Of a DNA stretch of 52,653 nucleotides, positions 1-10,513 are shown piece by piece (the first letter of the stretch is position 1; each line of letters starts with the position of its first letter). This DNA comes from Truepera sp. (GTDB taxonomy: Bacteria; Deinococcota; Deinococci; Deinococcales; Trueperaceae), in NCBI GenBank assembly GCA_965218435.1, contig CBDCKW010000002.1, positions 1 to 52,653 of the forward strand. Reading direction: 5' to 3'. The position numbers and the translations under genes are program-made. The notes beneath the pieces were generated by a model that was given only the letters and a program-made list of their open reading frames with translations, made no database searches and was not told where the DNA came from.

Positions 1-2
1 GC

Positions 3-386
3 GCCTACTTATCGTGTTGGTGCGCATTAGATGACATGAGCGAAGAGAATGGGACGATTTACGTCTTACCTTATAGCCGTGCCGGTACGAGGGAGCTTGT
101 CGAGCACGTTAAAGAAGAAGGCACAAACGACAGAGTTGGGTACCACGGCACGGACCCAGGCATTCCCGTTATCGTACCTGCAGGTAGTATCGCACTGTTC
201 TCGAGCCTCACATTTCACAGCAGCGGTACCAACACGACGCCAAAGATGCGGCGCAGCTACTTAGCTCAGTATTCGGCGGAGCCGATGGGCAACGATGATG
301 CTGAAAAAGGCACGAAGACCCTCGCCGTTCCTTTTATCAAAGAGGGTCGACGAATCTACGGGGGCGAGATGGCTGCAAAGTCTTAA
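3..386 (+). CDS. Phytanoyl-CoA dioxygenase (PhyH) family protein, 5'-truncated by window edge
   Basis: Frame open from window start (AYLSCWCALDDMSEENG...), with SCWxALDD, NGT, AGS..FSS.TFH.SG.N and RR motifs typical of PhyH Fe/2OG dioxygenases. Confidence 0.8.
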   Translation, partial: AYLSCWCALDDMSEENGTIYVLPYSRAGTRELVEHVKEEGTNDRVGYHGTDPGIPVIVPAGSIALFSSLTFHSSGTNTTPKMRRSYLAQYSAEPMGNDDAEKGTKTLAVPFIKEGRRIYGGEMAAKS

Positions 387-564
387 GGTTTTGAGGTGGA
401 ACCCGCGAAAAAATGTTATGGTCTTAGCAAGACTCAATTAGATGTTCTCGTAGGGGCAGACCGTGCAACTGCATTGTAAAGCACAGACTGTTTGACAAAG
501 AAACGCCTTGTCCAAGGGTACACATCTGTACCAAATCAAGTTGGATAAGTTACAGGAGAAGCGC

Positions 565-1815
565 ATGACGGCTGTTTTAAGACTGTTAGCCACCGGCCTC
601 GTCCTACTTTGTACCGTTGCCCAAGCCCAAACCACCGTGAAGGTGTTGTCACTTATAGCTGACGATGGCCGACCCGAATATGAAGATGCGGTCGCGGCCA
701 AGTTCAACGCGGAGCATCCTGACATCGTCGTGCAGTTTGAAAGAATGGACAACGAAGACTTTAAGAAAAAACTTCCGACCCTATTGCAAACTAGCGACGC
801 CCCCGACCTCTTTTACAGCTGGGGCGGCGGGATTTTAGAAGAGCAGGTAGCAGCCGGAGTCACGCGGGACATCACCAGCCTGCTTGACAGCGACTTCTTG
901 CAGACGATGTCCCCCGCTGGCATGAACGCCTTTACCGTGGGTGGTAGTGTCGTGGGACTCCCTCAACAAGTATCGGAAGTGGGTTTTTGGTATAACCGAG
1001 CACTTGCCGAACAAGCGGGTATCGACGTTGAAGCGATTGAAACCTGGGACGACTTTTTGGCCGCCGTGCAAAAGGCGAAAGACGCAGGTTTAACGCCCAT
1101 CTCGGTTGGCGGCAAAGACAAATGGCCGCTGCACTTTTACTGGTCTTACCTAGCGATGCGCGAAGCGGGCCAGCAGGGCTTTTTAGATGCGCAAAGTGGT
1201 GAGGGCGACGGTTTTGCCGCCGCGCCCTTCGTCAAAGCGGGCGAGGATTTCAAGCAGCTCATCGACATGCAGCCTTTCCAAGAGGGCTTTATGACCACAG
1301 GTGCCACCGATTCTTACGGCTTCTTTGGCGATGGCGGGGCCGTCTTCCTGCTCATGGGCAACTGGGTTTACACTGCGCAACGCGGCGCTTCGCAAAGCGG
1401 CGGCCTGGACGACGACCAGCTAGGTCTGCTCTCTTTTCCTTTGATAGAAGGCGGAGCCGGTGAAGCCACCGATACCTTGGGCGGTATCAACGGGTTTGTT
1501 GCAGCGAAAGATGCGCCCGACGAAGCGGTTACCTTTTTAGAGTACCTGATGGACGCTGACAACCAGATAGAAGCAGGTAAACTCGGTGTCTTTATTCCAA
1601 TGGCAGTCGGCTCGGACGCCGGGCTTAGCAATCCGTTTTTTGCGCAGATTTCTCGTGACCTAGGCGAATCGCAGTGGCATCAGATTTTCCTTGATCAGGC
1701 GCTTGGTGCTGATGTCGGCGGCGTAGTCAATGATATTTCTGCTCAGCTCGCTACAGGTGACGTTGACCCGCAAACATCAGCTGAACTTGTTCAGGAAAGC
1801 TGGGAGTTGCGTTAG
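565..1815 (+). CDS. Carbohydrate ABC transporter substrate-binding protein
   Basis: ATG 565 follows AGGAGA RBS (track start 508 is a TTG); signal peptide ending AQA; FNAEHPDI, PDLFYSWGG and TWDDFL motifs of family-1 solute-binding proteins. Confidence 0.9.
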   Translation: MTAVLRLLATGLVLLCTVAQAQTTVKVLSLIADDGRPEYEDAVAAKFNAEHPDIVVQFERMDNEDFKKKLPTLLQTSDAPDLFYSWGGGILEEQVAAGVTRDITSLLDSDFLQTMSPAGMNAFTVGGSVVGLPQQVSEVGFWYNRALAEQAGIDVEAIETWDDFLAAVQKAKDAGLTPISVGGKDKWPLHFYWSYLAMREAGQQGFLDAQSGEGDGFAAAPFVKAGEDFKQLIDMQPFQEGFMTTGATDSYGFFGDGGAVFLLMGNWVYTAQRGASQSGGLDDDQLGLLSFPLIEGGAGEATDTLGGINGFVAAKDAPDEAVTFLEYLMDADNQIEAGKLGVFIPMAVGSDAGLSNPFFAQISRDLGESQWHQIFLDQALGADVGGVVNDISAQLATGDVDPQTSAELVQESWELR

Positions 1816-1931
1816 GAGTCGCGAGGCAACATCACTTCTGTGAAATAGTCAATGGGGCTTAGTTGTTTTTTGAAACAGCAGAAACAATCAAGCCCCATTG
1901 ACTAAAAATTTTTCTGTTTGACGGAGAAACT

Positions 1932-2894
1932 ATGGCAACGGCCTCGAGCGAGCGAACCTTACCCAAAACCAAACGTCGTTGGGGCAAAGCCGAGCAGCGG
2001 CGGCGCTTAAACGCTGTTCTTATCTTGTTGCCGCCCGCGCTGCTCATCTTTACAATTTTCGTTATCCTGCCAATATTTAGCGCAGGCCTTATGAGCTTTT
2101 ACACCTATAAAGGTTACGGCCCACTCATCGACTTCAACGGCGTCAGCAACTATGTCTGGATGTTTAGTAAACGTACCCTAAACGTCTTTTTTGAGCCCGC
2201 TTTACGTAACACTGCGCTCATTCTCGCCACCTCGTTATTTGTGCAATTACCGTTAGCGCTCGTTTGCGCGCTGCTGATCTACAAAGAAACCTTTACCAAC
2301 AGTATATTTCGGCTTATCTTTTTCTTGCCCTTCGTACTCTCAGAAGTTGCCAGTGGGCTTATCTGGGTTTATATGTTAGACGGGCGCAGCGGCGCAGTCG
2401 CGCCGCTTTTTCAGAACCTGCTCGGCAAGTCTTATTTTATCTTGGACGATAAAACCTGGTCGTTTGCTGCAGTGCTACTCGTGCTGGTATGGAAGTTTTT
2501 TGGCTACCACATGATTCTTTACATCGCGGGTTTGCAAGGCGTACCCAAAGAACTGACCGAGTCCGCTAGCATCGACGGCGCGTCGAACTGGCAAAGCGTG
2601 CTGTACATTAAAATCCCGCTTATCTCATACGCGCTTAAACTTTCGCTCTTTTTCGCGATTTTAGGTTCGTTTCAAGTTTTCGACCTCATCATCGGCCTCT
2701 ACGGTCCCTCACCGCCTGAGCACGGCCAAACGCTGGCGACCTTTATTTACGAGTGGGGCTTATCGCGCCGTCAACGCTACGGTATCGCTTCAGCGGCGAG
2801 TATTATCTTGTTCGCCATCAGCATCGTCGTGGGGTTTAGCTATCAGTACTTCGTCATGGGTGACCAGAGCCTCTTCAAGAGGAAGCGTGTATGA
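1932..2894 (+). CDS. Carbohydrate ABC transporter permease
   Basis: Multiple TM segments; EAA-like loop ESASIDGAS; GGAG RBS. Confidence 0.92.
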   Translation: MATASSERTLPKTKRRWGKAEQRRRLNAVLILLPPALLIFTIFVILPIFSAGLMSFYTYKGYGPLIDFNGVSNYVWMFSKRTLNVFFEPALRNTALILATSLFVQLPLALVCALLIYKETFTNSIFRLIFFLPFVLSEVASGLIWVYMLDGRSGAVAPLFQNLLGKSYFILDDKTWSFAAVLLVLVWKFFGYHMILYIAGLQGVPKELTESASIDGASNWQSVLYIKIPLISYALKLSLFFAILGSFQVFDLIIGLYGPSPPEHGQTLATFIYEWGLSRRQRYGIASAASIILFAISIVVGFSYQYFVMGDQSLFKRKRV

Positions 2895-3715
2895 GACTTG
2901 CGATCTACTTTAAGTACCTTTTTCTGCTCACCTTATCTGGCTTTGTGCTGCTCCCCATCTGGGCGACTTTTATCGGCGGTTTCAAGTCCACCGGCGAACT
3001 GCGCAACAACCCGGTGGGTTTGCCACAAGTGTGGCGTTTCGACGCTTATAGCGATATCCTCGGTTCACCCGCAACCTGGCGTTACGCGCTGAACTCGCTA
3101 AACATCGCTTTCTTTACAGTCTTTTTAGTCTTGATTGTTGCGTCGATGGCAGCTTTTACCTTTAGCCATCTCAAATTCGCCGGACAAGATTTCGTCTATT
3201 CGTATCTCCTGCTCGGGTTGATGTTTCCAGCTGCCGCCGCTATCGTACCGATTTTCGTTATCAATAACTCGTACCTGCACATCTTTAATACCCACTGGGC
3301 GGTGATCTTGCCGCAAGTCGCCTTTGGCATTGCAGGGTCAGTGCTGTTTTTTAGAGGGTTCTTTGAGCAACTACCACACGAATTGTTTGAGGCAGCGCGG
3401 GTTGACGGCATTGGCTATATCGGCTTTTACTTTCGCTTTATCATACCGCTGTCGCTGCCGATTCTGGCAACCGTAGGCGTTTTGACGCTAGTGACGTCGT
3501 GGAACGGCTATATGCTACCTCTAATTATGCTCGGGACCAATCCAGCGAACCATCCCTGGCCACTGGGGCTCGTCAACTATAGGGGCGAATTCTCGACCGA
3601 ATGGAACCGGGTTATGGCCTTTATTTCGGTCAACTTACTCCCCGCTGTGGCGTTCTTTTTGCTCGCCCAGCGTTATATCGTCGCCGGTTTAACGGGGGGG
3701 GCAGTCAAAGGTTGA
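2891..3715 (+). CDS. Carbohydrate ABC transporter permease
   Basis: EAARVDG loop, C-terminal GLTGGAVKG, ATGA overlap with upstream permease. Confidence 0.92.
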   Translation: MRLAIYFKYLFLLTLSGFVLLPIWATFIGGFKSTGELRNNPVGLPQVWRFDAYSDILGSPATWRYALNSLNIAFFTVFLVLIVASMAAFTFSHLKFAGQDFVYSYLLLGLMFPAAAAIVPIFVINNSYLHIFNTHWAVILPQVAFGIAGSVLFFRGFFEQLPHELFEAARVDGIGYIGFYFRFIIPLSLPILATVGVLTLVTSWNGYMLPLIMLGTNPANHPWPLGLVNYRGEFSTEWNRVMAFISVNLLPAVAFFLLAQRYIVAGLTGGAVKG

Positions 3716-4230
3716 GATTTTGAGAAAAGTCAAGGTTAAACTCGTTCGGCGCTCAACTCTTGGCCACCTACCCACTTGAAAGGGAGTTCTAGTTATAGTG
3801 CAGTTAAAGGTTCAGCAGATTTTTATATGTCAAACTTAAGAAACACTTCTTAGTTCTCGACGAACTGACTCTAGTTATTGCACGACGGGTCAGGAAGCTC
3901 GTTAATTCAGGAGGTAGGTATAGCCGCGACCATCATCAGAGAGTATTAATGCCCACACGAAGCAAGCTATTGATGTCAGTTAATTTAAGTGGATAGTTCG
4001 ACTAATTCCATGCAGGTTCTGTTCGATAACTTGTTTGAGGTGAGATCTACCGTACCGCAGGTAAGAAGTTGAGAAAGGAGGTTGCGAAACTTTATGTTCA
4101 CCAGATCTATCTCAAGATCCGGTGTACTTCTCAAGATGGCGAAGTGGAACACAGCCTAACCAGTCCCATCGAATCTGCTTTTCCCAACAGCGCTCGGTAA
4201 CCTTGTTACCTTTTCGATTAAGAGGTTGAA

Positions 4231-6279
4231 ATGCCAGTCTACCAACACGCCAGTTATGGCGGCGAAACCGTCACCTTGCAAAACGAGTACCTCCGCGTCG
4301 AGGTTCACAAGCGGCTGACCGGTTGGGGCTGGGCCGAACTGTTGAGCCCGCAGGGCAAGTGCTTGGGTGTTTTGGAACATTTAGGCGAGCTGCTGCTGCG
4401 CGACCAGGAGATTCCGATGCGGCTCGAGGCCGAAACATGCAAACACACCCAAAACAGCGAAGGCGACACCCTAACCTTTAGCGTCAAATCCCTTATTGTC
4501 AAGGACAAGCTGAAGGGAACCTCTTTCGAAAGCTGGCTCCACTATCCGCTCGAGGTTCACTGCCTGGTGGGAGAAGTCAGGCTGACCTTAGTACCAGACG
4601 CGCCCCGGCTCATGATTTCTTGCCGCTATATATCCAAAGCTAACCAGTACGCCCGCTACGTGCGCGGCCCCTGGTTAAAGGTGGGCGCAGGTAGTTTTGG
4701 ACATGACAAAACCGACGCCATCTTTCCCGGCGTCGAGTGGCTCGTCGGCGAGGAATGGTCGAGCGGCACCGACTGGTTCAAAGACCCCTGGGCCAAACGG
4801 TTTATGCCGCACCCGAACAAGGTCGCCATCCCGCTGATGGCGGTGAGTCACGAGGGCGTGGGCATCGGGATGGCCTGGAACCCTGTGCAGGACGCGACCG
4901 GTTGGTTCAATTACCGCAGACAAAAGCAGCAACCCGTATTCGCCTCGCCCAATTTTATCGACCGCTGCAATCAGCACCTGCTGGGGCTGATGCTGCCGGA
5001 CGCGGAGGTGGAAGCTTTAGAAAACCAGGTTTACGCCGAGCCGCCGCTCGAGCTCCACCATGAACAGTGGCTCCACTTCGACGCAGAAATTTTCTTGACC
5101 CAAGGTACTAGCTTGGACGTCGTAGCGGACTACGTTAAACGGCGCGGTTTGCCTCCACCACCGGAACCGCGCTGGTCTTTTGAAGATGCGCTTCACCGCA
5201 TCGCCGACGCCTACACCACACACCTGTGGCACGAAGGCAAAGGCTTCGGCACGGCGCAGACAGAAAACTCGGTTCAGCCAAAACTCCCGCGTTTCGCCCC
5301 GGCTTATGTGGCACGCTATGCAAGCACAGAAACGGCGACGCGCTTGGCGGAAAAGCTCGAGTGGGTCAGAGCGCAGCCTGAACATGAAAAATATCTGCCC
5401 TTGCGTGAAAAGAACCTGTCTCGAGACGCCTTGCTCGAGCACGGACGAGGTTTGCTCGAGGCGCAGCAGGAGAACGGCGCGTTCCCGTTCGATCCGGCAG
5501 GGCGGCACTACCGCAAAGACGACTTCATCGTAGCGACGACCTTTTTAGAACCGATGGGCCACGCTCAGGACACGGCCCTGGATATTACGATATTGCCGGT
5601 GCTCGAGCTGCTTTATCTCACAGAAACTACAGATGAATCCGAGTTTGCCGACGCCGCCCGCAAAGCGCTCGACTACTGTTTGGAGATGCAACGTCCCGAA
5701 GGCGGCGACTACTGGGAAACGCCGCTCCACAGCCCCAACCTGCTCGCCGCCGGACACGCCGCCGTCGCCTATTATCTCGGGTATCGGCACTTCAGGGACG
5801 ACCGTTATTTACAAAAGGCACGCCACTGGCTGCGTGCGCTGTTGCCGTTCACCCATCTGTGGGAGCCTGACGCGGCCCCCGCGCTTTACAACACCAAACC
5901 CTGCTTGTGCGCGAGCGATTGGTACTTCGCCAACTGGGTACGCGACCACGTGCAGTGGGAGGTCTTAGAGACTTTTGCGCTCTCGAGTCACTACGGCATC
6001 GACTGGAAAACCGTCGACCCAGACATCGACTGGCGTCGCTACCAACAGGGCGTCACCACGGCGGCGTTGCGCTGGATGCTTGGCGCTAACGAGAAAACCT
6101 GGTTGCCTCACAATTTGCCGGACACGCTCGAGCTGTTCGAGCAGGGTTTGCTGGATACCTGTTTCGCTGACACCCACAACAGCGTGACCGGAAACTACGG
6201 GGGGATGGCGATTCCGCCGGATGTTATCGCCATCAACCTGTTAGACCTTTTGCAAAAAGAACAAAACGGTTCAGCTTAA
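4231..6279 (+). CDS. Hypothetical protein (682 aa), possible beta-sandwich plus helical-barrel carbohydrate-active enzyme
   Basis: Long ORF with GAGG RBS, first gene of the catabolic operon; no family recognised; fold guess from Trp/Tyr-rich amphipathic helices. Confidence 0.75.
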   Translation: MPVYQHASYGGETVTLQNEYLRVEVHKRLTGWGWAELLSPQGKCLGVLEHLGELLLRDQEIPMRLEAETCKHTQNSEGDTLTFSVKSLIVKDKLKGTSFESWLHYPLEVHCLVGEVRLTLVPDAPRLMISCRYISKANQYARYVRGPWLKVGAGSFGHDKTDAIFPGVEWLVGEEWSSGTDWFKDPWAKRFMPHPNKVAIPLMAVSHEGVGIGMAWNPVQDATGWFNYRRQKQQPVFASPNFIDRCNQHLLGLMLPDAEVEALENQVYAEPPLELHHEQWLHFDAEIFLTQGTSLDVVADYVKRRGLPPPPEPRWSFEDALHRIADAYTTHLWHEGKGFGTAQTENSVQPKLPRFAPAYVARYASTETATRLAEKLEWVRAQPEHEKYLPLREKNLSRDALLEHGRGLLEAQQENGAFPFDPAGRHYRKDDFIVATTFLEPMGHAQDTALDITILPVLELLYLTETTDESEFADAARKALDYCLEMQRPEGGDYWETPLHSPNLLAAGHAAVAYYLGYRHFRDDRYLQKARHWLRALLPFTHLWEPDAAPALYNTKPCLCASDWYFANWVRDHVQWEVLETFALSSHYGIDWKTVDPDIDWRRYQQGVTTAALRWMLGANEKTWLPHNLPDTLELFEQGLLDTCFADTHNSVTGNYGGMAIPPDVIAINLLDLLQKEQNGSA

Positions 6280-6300
6280 ATACTGAAAGAGAGGTCACAT

Positions 6301-7326
6301 GTGAAAGCCTTAGTTTGGGAAGCTCCGAAAAAGATGGTGATGCGGGAACAAGAAGACCTTACGCCACAAGCGGACGAGGTGCTCGTCAAGGTCGCCTACG
6401 CGGGCATCTGCGGTTCCGAATTGAGTGGATATCTAGGCCACAACGCGCTGCGGGTGCCGCCACTAGTCATGGGGCACGAGTTTTCGGGGGAAATTGTAGC
6501 ACTCGGGTCTGACGCTAGACGCCTCAATCCGGCTTTAGCCGAGGGTCAGCCGGTCACCGTCAACCCGCTCTCGTGTAAAGCGGACTCGGACTTTCAGCGG
6601 CGTGGCCTCGACCATCTCTGCCCGTCGCGGGCGCTGCTCGGCGCACACCGTCCGGGAGCTTACGCCGACTACGTGAGCGTGCCGGCGCAGTCCGTCATGC
6701 TTCTCCCTGAAACGATGTCGCTGCGTACCGGTGCATTGACCGAGCCCGTCGCCTGCGCCGTGCGTATCGGCGAACTCGCGGGGGCGGTGCGCGGGCAGGA
6801 CTGTTTGATTATCGGAGCCGGGCCTATCGGCCTTTTGAGCCTGCAAGTGCTCTTGAACAACGGCGCGAAGCGCGTCTTTATCGCCGACTTGGACGCCGAG
6901 CGGCTGGCGATGGGCGCAGCTCTCGGCGGCGAGACCATTGACCCGCGTGGCAACGATACGGTCGAGGTCGTCAAAACGGCGACGGATGGACGTAGGGTGC
7001 CGGTCGCCGTGGACGCCGTCGGTACGGCGGGTACGCGCTCGCAGTGCGTCGCCGCCGCTACAACTACCGGCAAGGTCATCCTGAGCGGACTGCACGAAGA
7101 GACGAGCACCATTCCCGCCGCCGACATCATCCGCCGGGAAATCACCCTGCGCGGCTCGTTCGCGTACTCGCCCGCGAACTTCAAACGGGCGCTCGAGCTA
7201 CTCGAGCAAGGTGCAGTCCGCCTCGACCCCTGGATTACCGAAGCGCCCCTGGCCGACGGCGGCACCTGGTTCGACCGTTTGCTGGACGCGCCCGGCAACG
7301 TCTCGAAAGTGTTGCTCGTTCCGTAG
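6301..7326 (+). CDS. Zinc-binding (MDR) sugar/polyol dehydrogenase
   Basis: GICGSE, GHEFSG and GAGPIG motifs; GTG start after GAGG. Confidence 0.9.
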   Translation: MKALVWEAPKKMVMREQEDLTPQADEVLVKVAYAGICGSELSGYLGHNALRVPPLVMGHEFSGEIVALGSDARRLNPALAEGQPVTVNPLSCKADSDFQRRGLDHLCPSRALLGAHRPGAYADYVSVPAQSVMLLPETMSLRTGALTEPVACAVRIGELAGAVRGQDCLIIGAGPIGLLSLQVLLNNGAKRVFIADLDAERLAMGAALGGETIDPRGNDTVEVVKTATDGRRVPVAVDAVGTAGTRSQCVAAATTTGKVILSGLHEETSTIPAADIIRREITLRGSFAYSPANFKRALELLEQGAVRLDPWITEAPLADGGTWFDRLLDAPGNVSKVLLVP

Positions 7327-7380
7327 GTTTATGAATTTCCTCCGTCCCTCAGCTTTCGTCTGCATCTCCGAGGTTCGCTC

Positions 7381-8421
7381 GTGAAAAAGATTCGCGTCGC
7401 CGTCATCGGCACCGGTTGGTGGGCGAGCGACGTTCACATCCCGGCTTTGCTCGAGAACCCACGAGCAGACCTAGCGGCCCTTTGTGATTTGAGCGCCGAG
7501 CGGTTACAAGCGACCGCCGCCAAGTACGACGTGTCCGCCGCCTACACCGATTTCGAAACGATGCTTGCGGAACAAGCTCTCGACGCCGCTGTCGTCGCCT
7601 CGTCCAACGCCAGCCACTATGAAGTTGCGAAAGTTTGCCTCGAGCACGGTCTTCACGTCCTCGTCGAAAAGCCCTTGACGCTCCGCGCGCAAGAAGCAAA
7701 GGAATTGCTCGAGCTTGCCACGGCCAAAGAGCGCCAACTCATCGTCGGCTACTCCTTCAACTTTTTGCCGTTTGCCAAGCGAGTAAAGGAAGTGTTCGGC
7801 TCGGGCGACCTCGGGCGAATTCAATACGTGCAGGCGGTTTACAGCTCCGACATGACACCTTTTTTTCAAGGAACTTTCAGCCGAGACTTCGCCGTTCACG
7901 GCCCGGCTCAGTACGTCGACCCCGCGCAACTGGGCGGCGGACACGGGCAGGTGCAAGTCACACACGCTTTAGGCTTGCTTTTTTTTCTCACCGACTTACG
8001 CCCCGCCCGCGTCGCCGCCCTGATGGCAAAGCATGATTCACCCGTCGATGTAGTCGACGCCATGACGGTCACTTTTGAAAACGGCGCGCTCGGCACCATA
8101 GGCGGCACGGGCAACCAGCAAGGCGTGGTGTTCCGGCTGCTCATCAGCTGTGAACGTGGCTGGGTGGACATCGACGCGGGCGCGCAGCGGGCGACGGTTC
8201 ATAGGCGTGACGCCGAACTCGAGGACATCGCCGCAAAGCCCATGAGCAACATCGGCAAGTTGCCGTCACAAAACTTGGTCGAGGTGGCATTGGGAGAAGC
8301 CGACAACGGCTCGCCCGCGGCGGGAGGACGGCGGGCGGTGGAGGTGCTCGAGGCCGCCTACCTGTCAGCGGCTCGAGACGGCATCTTTTTAGGTACAGAG
8401 GAGCTTTATGAAAATCACTGA
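7381..8421 (+). CDS. Gfo/Idh/MocA family oxidoreductase
   Basis: N-terminal VIGTGWWA Rossmann motif and HVLVEKP motif. Confidence 0.9.
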   Translation: MKKIRVAVIGTGWWASDVHIPALLENPRADLAALCDLSAERLQATAAKYDVSAAYTDFETMLAEQALDAAVVASSNASHYEVAKVCLEHGLHVLVEKPLTLRAQEAKELLELATAKERQLIVGYSFNFLPFAKRVKEVFGSGDLGRIQYVQAVYSSDMTPFFQGTFSRDFAVHGPAQYVDPAQLGGGHGQVQVTHALGLLFFLTDLRPARVAALMAKHDSPVDVVDAMTVTFENGALGTIGGTGNQQGVVFRLLISCERGWVDIDAGAQRATVHRRDAELEDIAAKPMSNIGKLPSQNLVEVALGEADNGSPAAGGRRAVEVLEAAYLSAARDGIFLGTEELYENH

Positions 8422-9574
8422 GGTACAGGCCGTTCGGGTCAAGTTTCCAGAGCGGCAAGGCGGCACCCCACCTAGTCGCGACCCGTGGGTCAAAACCGAT
8501 GAAGTTGCCAACCCGATGTCGCGCTATCCGCATGTCAAGCAGCACCGCAATTTGTGGCTGCCCAAAACCTGGGAGCAGGTGTGGTGCAAGGTCACGCTTC
8601 AAGACGGCACCTGGGGGCTGGGACTGACCGACCACGGGCGTGTGACGGCGGCTATCATCGACGACCACCTTGCCCCGAACTTAATCGGTGAAGACGGTTT
8701 GGCGATTGAAAAACTTTCCGACATGATGTTTCGGATGACAAAGGTTTACGGCTCGCCCGGCCTGGCGTCTTACGCGGTGAGTGCAGTAGATTTGGCCCTC
8801 TGGGACGCGAAAGCCAAGCTCTTGGGGCTACCCGTTTACAGCTTGTTGGGCGGGCCTCAAAAAGACAAGCTTTTTTGCTACGTCACGGGCAATGATACCG
8901 ACTGGTACGAGGAACTGAACTTTAAGGCTTACAAGCTTGCTTGCCCTTACGGCCCTGCGGACGGGCTCGAGGGCTTAGAGAAAAACGAAGCCTTCGTGGC
9001 AAAGGTACGCGAACAGATCGGCGACAGTTGTGAACTGATGCTCGACTGCTGGATGGCCTTCGATGTCGAGTACACGGTGCGCTTGGCCGAGCGGCTGCGC
9101 CCCTACCGGCTGAAGTGGTTGGAGGAGTGCCTGCTCTCCGAAGATTTCGACGCCCACGTCGATTTGCGCCGCCGTTTGCCGTGGCAGACGCTCACCACGG
9201 GCGAACACTGGTATACGCACGTGCCTTTTCAGTGGGCGCTCCGGCATGATGTGGTCGATATTTTACAACCCGACATCAACTGGTGTGGCGGCCTCACCAC
9301 CTGCTTGAAGATTACCGCCGCAGCGGAAGCGAGCGGTAAAAGCGTCATCTTGCACGGGGGCGGGCGCAACCCTTACGGGCAGCACTTCAGCTACGCGATG
9401 TCTGCGGTGCCGTGGCTCGAGTACTTTATCGGCTCTCCTCCCGGCGTGCCGCTGGAAGAGACTGTCCAAGTTCCGGGGCAAGCTGTGTGTAAAGACGGCT
9501 TTCTGGTGCCGAACGACGCCCCCGGTTTTGGGTTGGAGATTCCCGAGGACTGGCTCGAGCCTTTCTTTTCGTGA
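8408..9574 (+). CDS. rhmD: L-rhamnonate dehydratase (mandelate racemase/enolase superfamily)
   Basis: VANPMSRYP, SAVDLALWD, GPADG, MLDCWM, W.EE, GEH and QPD..WCGG motifs of the RhmD subgroup; next to GH78. Confidence 0.8.
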   Translation: MKITEVQAVRVKFPERQGGTPPSRDPWVKTDEVANPMSRYPHVKQHRNLWLPKTWEQVWCKVTLQDGTWGLGLTDHGRVTAAIIDDHLAPNLIGEDGLAIEKLSDMMFRMTKVYGSPGLASYAVSAVDLALWDAKAKLLGLPVYSLLGGPQKDKLFCYVTGNDTDWYEELNFKAYKLACPYGPADGLEGLEKNEAFVAKVREQIGDSCELMLDCWMAFDVEYTVRLAERLRPYRLKWLEECLLSEDFDAHVDLRRRLPWQTLTTGEHWYTHVPFQWALRHDVVDILQPDINWCGGLTTCLKITAAAEASGKSVILHGGGRNPYGQHFSYAMSAVPWLEYFIGSPPGVPLEETVQVPGQAVCKDGFLVPNDAPGFGLEIPEDWLEPFFS

Positions 9575-10434
9575 TCATCGACAGCCACAGCCACGCCTGG
9601 GAAACCTGGCCTTACGAGCCGCCTGTCCCCGACCCTAAAACGCGCGGCGGGGCTGAACAACTGCTTTACGAAATGGATGTAAGCGGCGTCGCTCAGGCTG
9701 TTCTGGTTAGCGCGAACATCGACCACAACCCCGAGAATAACGCCTACGTCGCCGCGCAGGTGAGGCGTTACCCCGAGCGCTTGCACCAGTTTGCCGATGT
9801 GGACTGCGCTTGGTCTGCGACCTACCACACGCCCGGCGCGGCTGAGCGTTTGCGAGACGCCGCCGCGCGGTATCCCATCAAAGGTTTTACGCATTACCTG
9901 AGAGCCGAGGATGACGGCAGCTGGCTCTACAGCGAAGAAGGCTTAGCGTTTTTTGCGGCAGCCGCCGAACTCAAGCTTATCGCCAGCACCTCGTGTGCGC
10001 CTCACCAGCAAGCCGCCCTCCGCAAGGTAGCGGAGCGGTTTCCGGATTTACCCATTCTCGTGCATCACCTCGGGCATCCTCAGGTTGGTCATGAAGCGCA
10101 GCTTGCGGAGGTTTTGGCTTCAGCGCGACACCCCAACATCCACCTCAAGCTGTCCGGTTTTTACTACACGGTAGCGGACGCGACGTGGGATTTTCCTTAC
10201 CGCAGCACACACGGACTCGTTCGGGCGCTCTACGACGGGTTCGGCGGAGAACGTCTCTGCTGGGGCTCGGATTATCCAGTCGTACGGGGGTTTATGACCT
10301 ACCGGCAGGCTTTAGAAGCGTTCAGGACGCACTGTGACTTTATCTCCCAAGACGGCCGCACGATGATTTTAGGGGCGACTCTGGCGCGGCTACTCGAGCA
10401 AGCCCGCCCCGTCAATCTAGAGGAGCGCGGATGA
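9571..10434 (+). CDS. Amidohydrolase_2 family protein, probable sugar lactonase
   Basis: IIDSHSH, HHLGHP, KLSG and WGSDYP motifs; GTGA overlap with rhmD. Confidence 0.82.
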   Translation: MIIDSHSHAWETWPYEPPVPDPKTRGGAEQLLYEMDVSGVAQAVLVSANIDHNPENNAYVAAQVRRYPERLHQFADVDCAWSATYHTPGAAERLRDAAARYPIKGFTHYLRAEDDGSWLYSEEGLAFFAAAAELKLIASTSCAPHQQAALRKVAERFPDLPILVHHLGHPQVGHEAQLAEVLASARHPNIHLKLSGFYYTVADATWDFPYRSTHGLVRALYDGFGGERLCWGSDYPVVRGFMTYRQALEAFRTHCDFISQDGRTMILGATLARLLEQARPVNLEERG

Positions 10435-10513
10435 TACCGACGTTTGCAGTAGACGTTATTTCAAATGTGAAACCTAACACGAACCTCGAGAATAAACACC
10501 GGGACGTGCCCAA

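Noticed and set aside
4015..4040. GGTTCTGTTCGATAAC as an IS6-like terminal repeat
   Set aside because: No partner repeat or transposase remnant recognised; too short to support
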